In this document: one piece after another, positions 25,228-32,000 of the stretch
Numbering within the stretch: the stretch's first letter is position 1
Layout of the letters: the number at the start of each line of letters is the position of its first letter
NCBI GenBank assembly: GCA_022402525.1
Contig: JAKRSB010000113.1
Coordinates: 1-32,000 of the forward strand
Length of the DNA stretch: 32,000 nt
Direction of reading: 5' to 3'
Origin: Thermosynechococcaceae cyanobacterium MS004
GTDB lineage: Bacteria > Cyanobacteriota > Cyanobacteriia > Thermosynechococcales > Thermosynechococcaceae
Notes under the pieces: generated by a model
The model's input: only the letters and a program-made list of their open reading frames with translations
The model's database searches: none
What the model was told of the DNA's origin: nothing
Translations under genes and position numbers: made by a program

Positions 25228-26232
25228 ATGAAAAACGTCAAGCTTTTTTCCCTTCAACTTGCCTGCACTGCTCTGGTGACAAGTCTAGGAACCTTGCTGA
25301 CCCTAGCGCCCCACCATCCCAGCCAGACCTCCTTCAGCGCCCTACAGGTCGGAGAAATAGCGATCGCGAGACGCACTGGAGGACGCGCAGGCGGCGGCTC
25401 TTTCCGGCGCTCTTCTCCCTCCCGCAGCGGGGGCTCTTTCCGGCGCTCACAGCCACGCCCTAACTATGGTGGCGGTGGGCCTGTCTTTGTCCCTGTACCC
25501 TACGGCCAGCCAAACTACCGGGCCTCATCCTACGATTCTGAGGGCGGCTTTTCTGTTTTGCTAGTGCGGCTCATTTTAGGCGGATTGGTTATCGCTGCGT
25601 TTTTGTGGGTTCTGCACAAGCGCAGAAGCAGTAGCGGCCTTGTCTCTGGAGCGAGCGAAGTAGACAACAATATTTTTACAGTCAGCAAAGTGCAGATTGC
25701 ACTCTACGCTCAAGCCCGTGAGCTTCAGGCCGAACTCAGCGCCCTCAGCCTAGCGGTAGATACAGAAACTTCCGAGGGGCTTCTACAGCTCTTGCAGGAG
25801 TCAGCCCTCGCCTTACTGCGCCATACGGAATACTGGACTCATGTCTCTGCTAGCTCTCAAGTGGCACGAGATGCCCTAGAAGCAGAGCGCTTGGCCAATA
25901 AACTATCCATTGAGCAGCGTCGGCAGCTCAGTGCCGAAACCCTCGTCAACGTAGGCGGCAGCAAGCGGCAGACCGCCATTCAAGCTGCAGGTTTAGAAGA
26001 GGGGCCAGCGGCCTATATCGTTGTGACCTTCTTAGTGGGGTCTGCCCACGATCAGCCCCTGTTTGACAAAATTCAGTCCGTAGACGAACTTCAGCATGTT
26101 CTTGAAACCTTGGCAGCTCTGCCGACTGAATACCTGATGACCTTTGAGCTCATCTGGAGCCCTCAAGACACTAGCGACAGTCTCACGGATGATGAGCTGT
26201 TAACGGGATATTCGGATCTAGTTCAACTCTAA
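25228..26232 (+). CDS. DUF1517-like membrane protein (Gly/Arg-rich N-terminal region)
   Basis: Signal/TM segment, GGRAGGGSFRRSSPSRSGGSFRRS repeats, a second TM helix, and a conserved C-terminal domain ending FELIWSPQD. This is the pattern I associate with cyanobacterial/plastid DUF1517. Confidence 0.65.
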   Translation: MKNVKLFSLQLACTALVTSLGTLLTLAPHHPSQTSFSALQVGEIAIARRTGGRAGGGSFRRSSPSRSGGSFRRSQPRPNYGGGGPVFVPVPYGQPNYRASSYDSEGGFSVLLVRLILGGLVIAAFLWVLHKRRSSSGLVSGASEVDNNIFTVSKVQIALYAQARELQAELSALSLAVDTETSEGLLQLLQESALALLRHTEYWTHVSASSQVARDALEAERLANKLSIEQRRQLSAETLVNVGGSKRQTAIQAAGLEEGPAAYIVVTFLVGSAHDQPLFDKIQSVDELQHVLETLAALPTEYLMTFELIWSPQDTSDSLTDDELLTGYSDLVQL

Positions 26233-26483
26233 AGCTATCCTCAATGCCGCATAGCTGCCTCAAACTTGCCTCAAAATCCAGTTGCGAGGGGTTCGTCCAA
26301 GATCGGGCAGGGGGCACTTAGCACTCAGGCAGGACGTCTCAATAAAGAGAGCAATAAAGATAGCTTCAGATCAATCGTTTCTTCTGCGGGAATGTTGCGC
26401 TCCTGTAGACAGCGATCGCCTTTGAGAGGCAAGATGGAAAAGGTCGGCCCGTGTGAAGATCACGCATCCTGTCAGATACGCCT

Positions 26484-27479
26484 ATGCCAAGCATTGATGT
26501 TTTAGGGGTGCCCCACGCATACGAGTTAACGGATGCGGTGGAGGGCAGACCCACCTTTGTATTTGTACATGGCTGGTTGCTGAGTCGGCACTACTGGCAG
26601 CCGCTCGTCCAAAAGCTGTCGCCCTTCTATCAGTGCCTAACCTACGATCTCAGAGGGTTTGGGGCATCTCAGGAAGTGGATCGGCCTATTCCGCAGAAAG
26701 ACTCCCTCTCTTGGCAAGAAAGTTTAGGGCCAGAAAACTTGGCGATCGCCCATTCACCCTTCAGCCTGGGCCCTCATCTCCACCCTAGTCTGCACCATAC
26801 CCCCACGCGCTATAGCCCTGCGGCCTACGCGCAAGACCTAGTTGCGCTGCTCGAAGCCCTCAATCTCTCTAAAGTCTGGGTGGTGGGGCACTCCTTGGGT
26901 GGCAGTATTGCCCTCTGGGCAGGTGCAATCGCCCCTGAGACCGTTCAAGGCGTTGTTTGCCTCAATTCTGGGGGCGGCATTTACGTGAAAGAAGCCTTTG
27001 AGCGCTTTCGAGGGGCAGGGCAACAAATGATCAAGTTTCGTCCGGGCTGGCTGTCTTCGGTGCCGCTCCTTCACTTAGCCTTCAGTCGCATCATGGTGCA
27101 TCGGCCCCTTGCAAGACACTGGGGGCGGCAGCGCGCAATAGATTTTGTAGCAGCCCAACCAGAAGCAGCGCTTCAGTCTTTGCTAGACTCAACGGCTCCA
27201 GAGCAAATTCATCTTTTACCGCAGGTGGTAGCTCAGCTTCAGCAGCCGGTGTATTTTCTGGGGGGACAAGAAGATCAGGTGATGGAATTAAAGTACGTCT
27301 ATCATCTCGCCAGCTTTCATCCGAGCTTTCGGGCTGGAGAAACCAACGTGATCGAAATTCCTAACTGTGGACACATGGGAATGCTAGAGCGCACCACTGC
27401 GATCGCCCTTACCCTCCAGCAGCTTCAGGAGAAACATCAACCGTCTTTCCCATACCCTTCGGCCTCTCTATTGGGCTAG
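26484..27479 (+). CDS. Alpha/beta-fold hydrolase
   Basis: FVFVHGW oxyanion region, nucleophile elbow VVGHSLGG, and a C-terminal NCGHM catalytic His region. Confidence 0.85.
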   Translation: MPSIDVLGVPHAYELTDAVEGRPTFVFVHGWLLSRHYWQPLVQKLSPFYQCLTYDLRGFGASQEVDRPIPQKDSLSWQESLGPENLAIAHSPFSLGPHLHPSLHHTPTRYSPAAYAQDLVALLEALNLSKVWVVGHSLGGSIALWAGAIAPETVQGVVCLNSGGGIYVKEAFERFRGAGQQMIKFRPGWLSSVPLLHLAFSRIMVHRPLARHWGRQRAIDFVAAQPEAALQSLLDSTAPEQIHLLPQVVAQLQQPVYFLGGQEDQVMELKYVYHLASFHPSFRAGETNVIEIPNCGHMGMLERTTAIALTLQQLQEKHQPSFPYPSASLLG

Positions 27480-27492
27480 TCTCCAATGAACT

Positions 27493-27530
27493 AAAAAAGC
27501 GCCGCAGATTTTTCTGCAGCGCCTTTATTG
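27493..27530. terminator. Bidirectional intrinsic terminator candidate
   Basis: AAAAAA GCGCCGCAG-ATTTTT-CTGCAGCGC CTTTATT: a 9-bp stem with one mismatch, flanked by an A-run and a T-rich run. It lies between the convergent hydrolase and petA genes. Confidence 0.5.
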
Positions 27531-27580
27531 GAAAGAATCAGCTCAGCCTATACCTGAAATCCTGGGCTGAGTAGTACAGC

Positions 27581-28558
27581 TTAGAAATTTAGTTCAGCAG
27601 CCTGAACCTTTTCAACCTGTTTCTTCTTCAGCACCAGCAGGGTCTGAGACAGCATGATTGCCGCAAAAAACGCAATCAGCCACTTCACCCGTGTGGGGTT
27701 TTGGAGCACAATTTCGGTGTCGTGTTGACCGAAGCCACCCACGTTAGGATTGTCCGTCAGCGCATCCCCATTATTGACTTGCTGGCCTTTAGTGACGACC
27801 AAAGTAGGGCCAGCGGGAATGGTTTCCGTGACCTTTTGGCCATCGCTTGCGGCGATCGTCACCACATGGCTACCCGCATCTCCATCTGCAATTTCAGTCA
27901 CGACGCCAGAAGCGGGCGCAGTAAAGATATTGTTGTTGGACTTATCACCCGTGGGATAAACCTGACCGCGACCGCGATTCCCTGCGGCATGAACCGCATA
28001 CTTTCCGAAGTGAATCGCTTTGTTTGTATTGGGGTCTGGAGAAAGAATGGGGAAGACAATTTCCTGATGCTCATCACCGGGAATTGGCCCAATGACAATG
28101 ATATTTTTCTTGTCTTCGCTATAGGGCTGGAAGTACAGGCCATTAACTTTTTCCTGAAGCTCCTCAGGGATACGGTCTGATGGCGCTAGCTCAAACCCTT
28201 CGGGCAGCACGAGCAGGGCACCCACGTTCATGGGGCCTTTTTCACCGTTGCCAAGGACTTGCTGAACTGACGTATCGTAAGGAATTTTCACCACGGCTTC
28301 AAAAACCGTGTTAGGCAGTACCGACTGAGGCACTTCAATTTCGGTGGGCTTTTGAGCCAAGTGGCAGTTGGCACAAACAATCCGACCCGTTGCTTCACGC
28401 GGATTTTCGTAAGCCTGTTGCGCAAAAACCGGATAAGCCTGCGCTGTCAGTGGAAGCGCGAGGCTAGTAGCCAAAAAAATACCAAGAGCAGCCAGAAGCT
28501 GAAGGCTTCTTTGGGACAGTTTGGTTAGGGATAATTTAGAAATTAAGGTTCGCTTCAT
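27581..28558 (-). CDS. petA: Cytochrome f (apocytochrome f precursor)
   Basis: Signal peptide, then mature N-terminus [27 protein letters not shown] (CxxCH haem site), and a C-terminal TM anchor. Confidence 0.96.
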   Translation of the reverse strand: MKRTLISKLSLTKLSQRSLQLLAALGIFLATSLALPLTAQAYPVFAQQAYENPREATGRIVCANCHLAQKPTEIEVPQSVLPNTVFEAVVKIPYDTSVQQVLGNGEKGPMNVGALLVLPEGFELAPSDRIPEELQEKVNGLYFQPYSEDKKNIIVIGPIPGDEHQEIVFPILSPDPNTNKAIHFGKYAVHAAGNRGRGQVYPTGDKSNNNIFTAPASGVVTEIADGDAGSHVVTIAASDGQKVTETIPAGPTLVVTKGQQVNNGDALTDNPNVGGFGQHDTEIVLQNPTRVKWLIAFFAAIMLSQTLLVLKKKQVEKVQAAELNF

Positions 28559-28561
28559 TAT

Positions 28562-28625
28562 GGTTCAGAAGTTTCAGTGGTTCAGGAATTTCAGAGGTTC
28601 AGAAGTTTCAGTGGTTCAGGAACTG
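28562..28625. repeat. 17-bp tandem repeat x4 (GGTTCAGrAryTTCAGw) in the petC-petA spacer
   Basis: GGTTCAGAAGTTTCAGT GGTTCAGGAATTTCAGA GGTTCAGAAGTTTCAGT GGTTCAGGAACTGC, starting 4 nt upstream of the petA start codon. Confidence 0.95.
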
Positions 28626-28717
28626 CAATGCAAGGGGTTGGGGTCAAGGGGAGTCAGGCGGGCGGTACTGGGCTTAGCAACGCCGAGCCGGAGCTTTAGA
28701 GACTGGCCCTGGCTCAG

Positions 28718-29260
28718 TTAGCTCCACCAAGGCTCTTTATCTGTCCGGAAATCGGTTTCTGTCCACTGTGTAAACACCAGCTTGTCTGCTTCATTCACTC
28801 CAGCATGAACCAGCGGAAGAGAGAGGGGGGCAGGGCCACGCACCACTTTGCCAGTTTCGTCATACTGAGAGCCGTGACAAGGGCACATAAATTTGTTCTG
28901 TCCGGCATTCCAGGGCACCACGCATCCAAGGTGGGTGCAGACTGCATTGATGCCGTAGCTTTCGATGGTGAGGTCTTCTTTTACCACGACGTAGGTTGGA
29001 TCTCCTTTAAAGCCTTGAGCTAGGGAGCGATCGCCTGCTGCATGGGTCGTCAGATAGTCGCTGACGACGATATCGTTGCCTAGGGCATCCTTTGCAATGA
29101 GTCCACCACCAGCACTGCCGCTGGCCGCTGGAATAAAGTACTGCACAACCGGATACAGCCCACCCAGGGCAGTTCCGGTGATTGCACCAAAGGTCAAAAA
29201 GTTCATAAATTGACGACGCCCCATATCGGGCACGTCAGGAGATCCAGAAACTTGAGCCAT
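28718..29260 (-). CDS. petC: Cytochrome b6f Rieske iron-sulfur subunit
   Basis: Twin-arginine N-terminus MGRRQFMNF and Rieske boxes [10 protein letters not shown] and [11 protein letters not shown] at 29260 (MAQVSGSPD...) is preferred over the upstream start at 29314. Confidence 0.95.
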   Translation of the reverse strand: MAQVSGSPDVPDMGRRQFMNFLTFGAITGTALGGLYPVVQYFIPAASGSAGGGLIAKDALGNDIVVSDYLTTHAAGDRSLAQGFKGDPTYVVVKEDLTIESYGINAVCTHLGCVVPWNAGQNKFMCPCHGSQYDETGKVVRGPAPLSLPLVHAGVNEADKLVFTQWTETDFRTDKEPWWS

Positions 29261-29318
29261 GATAAATGTCGCTTCTTGTATGTTTATGATGTGCGTTTTA
29301 TGACCTGTGAGCACCCTA

Positions 29319-29370
29319 GCCCTTTCTGAGAGCCCTTTCTGAGAGCCCTTTCTAAAGGCCCTTTCTGAGA
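29319..29370. repeat. 13-bp tandem repeat x4 (GCCCTTTCTGAGA) upstream of petC
   Basis: Read directly. The third copy is a variant (CTAAAG). Confidence 0.95.
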
Positions 29371-29681
29371 GACAATGCGCTTCTTTCCCTCAAGGCTCTT
29401 TTCCACAACTTGGCAGCCTGCGAGATGCCTTCACCAAGATACCCCCGCAAAGATGCAGGTTGAATCCGAGGGGCACCATTACATTTCTTGACACATTATC
29501 TCACTTGATGCCCGGTATTTTCATCCTAAATGTAAACAAATGTAAGAGCTGAGCGATCGCCCTCTGAGTCTTTTGCGGCGCTGTTTGTGTTGGGTGTGCC
29601 CAGGAGCTAACCCCAGAAGCAGCGCTGGCGCGAGGGGTAAAGGCCCAGCGGAACCGTTAAGCGTTAGGATTCAAGCTGACG

Positions 29682-29779
29682 CATCTCTCAGAGTTCATCT
29701 CTCAGAGTTCATCTCTCAGGATTCATCTCTGAAACCCAATTCCTCAACGTTAATTCCTCAAAGTTAATCCCTCAAAACC
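29682..29779. repeat. Two adjacent 14-bp tandem arrays (CATCTCTCAGAGTT x3-4, AATTCCTCAAnGTT x3)
   Basis: Read directly. The arrays end 20 nt upstream of ATG 29800. Confidence 0.9.
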
Positions 29780-29799
29780 AATCGCGGAAGGAGGTTGCC

Positions 29800-30117
29800 A
29801 TGAATGCAGAACATCTTCAGCGTCTGCTGTTAGAAAAATGGGGTAAGTCTTACGACGTGCAGCTCCGGCGGACGCAGGGCAAAATCTTTGTGCAGGTGAT
29901 GTGGCGCTATCTGGAGCAGGCCTCTTTCCCCATGACCGTGCAGGAATACCAAGACCATCTCGAAGCGATCGCCACCTATCTCCAGGGCTGGGGAGCTTTT
30001 CCCCAGGTGATTCACTATATCCAAACCACCCGCGATCGGCCTCGTCTTGGCAAGGCGGTCAGCATCCCCCTTGAGCTAGGGGAAAGAGCCTCGGAGTGGA
30101 TCATTGAGGATTTTTAG
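29800..30117 (+). CDS. DUF3067-like conserved cyanobacterial protein
   Basis: 105 aa. LLEKWGKSYDVQLRR...IFVQVMWRYLEQASFPMT..EYQDHLEAIA is a pattern I associate with DUF3067. GGAGG SD lies 9 nt upstream. Confidence 0.65.
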   Translation: MNAEHLQRLLLEKWGKSYDVQLRRTQGKIFVQVMWRYLEQASFPMTVQEYQDHLEAIATYLQGWGAFPQVIHYIQTTRDRPRLGKAVSIPLELGERASEWIIEDF

Positions 30118-30122
30118 TCCTG

Positions 30123-30170
30123 CCTTAGTTAAGGTCTTAGTTAAGGCCTTAATTAACGCCTTAGTTAACG
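30123..30170. repeat. 12-bp tandem repeat x4 (yCTTAGTTAAsG) spanning the tatC stop codon
   Basis: CCTTAGTTAAGG TCTTAGTTAAGG CCTTAATTAACG CCTTAGTTAACG. The last copy contains the tatC stop (30165-30167, minus strand). Confidence 0.9.
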
Positions 30171-31007
30171 CCGTAAGGCCAGCACCAATCCGGTGCCTGC
30201 CATGTAGAGCGCCAGCACCGCACCACCCAGCAAGCTTTGAGTGAGCGGGTCAGTAGAGGGTGTCAGGACAGCACCCAGCACCACCGCCCCTAACAGCACG
30301 TAGCGCCAAGCCGCCAGCATTTGCTTGCCGGAGACAATGCCCACCAGCCCCAGCAAAAGCTGAATGACCGGAATTTGAAACGCTAGCCCGGTACTAAACA
30401 TCAGCAGCAGCACAAACTCAAAGTATCGATCAATCGACCAGAGCTGCTCAACGACTTCACCGCCGTACTGAATAAAAAAGTTGAGCGCAGCCGGAATGAG
30501 GGCAATGTAGGCAAACCCCAGTCCCGCTGCAAACAAAATCGACGACCCAAACACAATCGGCCCCAAAAAGCGCCGCTCCCGTCGGGTTAGACCGGGCAGC
30601 ACAAAGCGAATAATCTGGTACAAAATCAATGGGCTGGCAACCAGAATGCCGCTGTAGCCTGCCACTTTAATGGAGACAAAAAAATACTCCCCTGGCGCAA
30701 GCTGCAAAAACTTAGCCCCGTTGGCTGGCAGCTCTAGCGCTTTGACAATCCAGTTCACCTGCCAAAAGCACAGCACAACTCCGCCTACAACTCCCAGGAG
30801 CGCGTAAAAGATGCGCTGACGCAGCTCTTCAAGATGGTCAAACAGGGACATCTCTACGTCGTCAGGCAGGTCATCTGGGTCAGGCTCTAGCTCAGTCCTG
30901 GCAGGGCTGGCCGCGTCAAGCGCTGATGTTGTTGGCCTGGAGGTTTCAGCGTCAAGGGTGGAAACATCGGCCTGCATGGGTGGGATGGGAAACTCAGAAG
31001 AAGTCAT
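30165..31007 (-). CDS. tatC: Twin-arginine translocase subunit TatC
   Basis: [16 protein letters not shown] opening of the conserved core, six predicted TM helices, and a variable acidic N-terminal extension. Confidence 0.9.
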   Translation of the reverse strand: MTSSEFPIPPMQADVSTLDAETSRPTTSALDAASPARTELEPDPDDLPDDVEMSLFDHLEELRQRIFYALLGVVGGVVLCFWQVNWIVKALELPANGAKFLQLAPGEYFFVSIKVAGYSGILVASPLILYQIIRFVLPGLTRRERRFLGPIVFGSSILFAAGLGFAYIALIPAALNFFIQYGGEVVEQLWSIDRYFEFVLLLMFSTGLAFQIPVIQLLLGLVGIVSGKQMLAAWRYVLLGAVVLGAVLTPSTDPLTQSLLGGAVLALYMAGTGLVLALRR

Positions 31008-31266
31008 GGAGGTTTGAGTTAAGGCGTCCTTTACCCCTGATTATAGGTTTCCCAATTTCCAATGAGGGAAAGCGGGGCTATTGCGTTCACTCCACTATAG
31101 AGAGGATTGAGACGCATCATTAAGAGCACATCACCAAAAGCGCATCACTAAACATTAGAAACACTAGAGATGATGCAAAGATAGAGCACGACTCCCTTCA
31201 ATGCTCGACACCAATCCTGAACGGTTACAGACTATACTGAAGAAAGTATAAATTTTTGTAACAAAA

Positions 31267-31995
31267 ATGACTGTGCCTAACCTCCAGGAAATTTCCCAGC
31301 AGCTTGATAGTGAAAGCACCCGCGATCGCAGGCTGGCGCTGGCGGCGCTGCGAGATGTTTCGCCGGAGGATGCGGTGCCGCTGATTAAAAAAGTGCTGCA
31401 TGACCCCAGCATTGATATTCGCTCAATGGCAGTGTTTGCCTTGGGTATTAAGCAAACCCCTGAATGCTACGAGCTATTGATTGAAGTCTTGGCCGACAGA
31501 GACTACAGCATTCGCGCATCGGCGGCGGGGGCTTTGGGCTACCTGGCTGACGCACGCGCCTTTGAGCCACTGGTGCGGACGCTGATGGAAGACACCAACT
31601 GGCTGGTGCAGTTTAGTGCGGCGGTGTCTCTGGGCAACTTAAAAGACCCGCGCGCTCGCGAAGTTTTAATGCAGTCGCTCAAGAGCGATACGGTGGTGAT
31701 TCAGCAGGCTGCGATCGCGGCGCTGGGTGAAATTAAGGCCGTGGAGGCGGTGGACGACATGCTGGCCTTTGTGCAGTCTGAGGACTGGCTGGTGCGGCAG
31801 CGGCTAGCCGAAGCTTTGGGCAACTTGCCTACGCCTAAAAGCGTTTCGGCGCTGAAGTATTTGGCCAAAGATGAACATGCCCAGGTTGAAGCGGCGGCAA
31901 CGCTATCCTTACAGCGTCTTGAAGCGGTACAGTCCTTGAGCGTCCCTGAACGTGGGTCTAAGAGTGGATCTGAGCATGGGCCTGACAATGGATAA
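31267..31995 (+). CDS. HEAT-repeat protein (PBS-lyase HEAT-like repeats)
   Basis: Repeated D..VR..AA.ALG units (IRSMAVFALG, IRASAAGALG, VQFSAAVSLG, VIQQAAIAALG, VRQRLAEALG). Confidence 0.8.
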   Translation: MTVPNLQEISQQLDSESTRDRRLALAALRDVSPEDAVPLIKKVLHDPSIDIRSMAVFALGIKQTPECYELLIEVLADRDYSIRASAAGALGYLADARAFEPLVRTLMEDTNWLVQFSAAVSLGNLKDPRAREVLMQSLKSDTVVIQQAAIAALGEIKAVEAVDDMLAFVQSEDWLVRQRLAEALGNLPTPKSVSALKYLAKDEHAQVEAAATLSLQRLEAVQSLSVPERGSKSGSEHGPDNG

Positions 31996-32000
31996 TGGAT

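Noticed and set aside
26266-26554. 79-aa (+) and 62-aa (-) ORFs in the spacer before the alpha/beta hydrolase.
   Set aside because: They overlap each other and the hydrolase start. The plus-strand ORF has a TTG start, and neither has an RBS or a motif. This is more likely the hydrolase promoter/5' UTR.
28521-28721. 66-aa ORF across the petC-petA spacer, and the 64-aa ORF at 29573-29767 across another repeat array.
   Set aside because: The reading frames are created by the tandem repeats themselves, giving repetitive peptides. They overlap the ends of petA and petC, or lie in a promoter region.
9489-30170. Whether the many short tandem repeats could be CRISPR arrays.
   Set aside because: The copies are directly adjacent with no unique spacers. 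The units are only 11-26 bp with 2-5 copies, and no cas genes are present.
31164-31412. 82-aa minus-strand ORF between tatC and the HEAT-repeat gene.
   Set aside because: It overlaps the 5' end of the well-supported HEAT-repeat gene in antisense. It has a Ser-rich, low-complexity sequence and no motif.

Overview
This window looks like a cyanobacterial chromosome segment. The high-GC parts are saturated with the HIP1 octamer GCGATCGC and carry petC-petA (cytochrome b6f), tatC, a PBS-lyase-type HEAT-repeat protein, pyrD and a DevBCA/MacAB-like exporter. The window is a mosaic. Core DNA (about 7.9-12.8 kb and 17.5-32 kb) is roughly 55-60% G+C, judged from hand counts of sample lines. It holds ordinary housekeeping genes, and almost every intergenic spacer has its own short tandem repeat (12-18 bp units, 2-5 copies). 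Two segments are lower in G+C (roughly 35-48%), HIP1-poor and free of those repeats. Segment 1 (1 to about 7937) has three co-oriented gene units: a Tat-exported amine oxidase, an overlapping HNH nuclease/RNase III pair, and a 209-aa unknown. Each unit is followed 9-10 nt after its stop codon by an 87-102 bp imperfect palindrome with RYYYAAC...GTTRRRY-type ends. I read these as integron attC-like sites, so this is a candidate cassette array with no integrase inside the window. Converging on that array is a four-gene operon: PATAN/DUF4388, Roadblock/LC7, a V4R-like protein and a CvnD/MglA-like small GTPase. Segment 2 (about 12778-17550) carries a Vat-type streptogramin acetyltransferase homolog, a C5 DNA methyltransferase with an N-terminal HTH, a convergent putative restriction endonuclease, and an orphan SpoVK/CbbX-type AAA+ ATPase. 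The most interesting candidates are the attC-like cassette array, the HNH-RNase III two-nuclease module inside it, the GTPase/Roadblock/V4R/PATAN module, and the R-M plus AAA+ island. All functional calls come from motif recognition by eye, and no searches were run.
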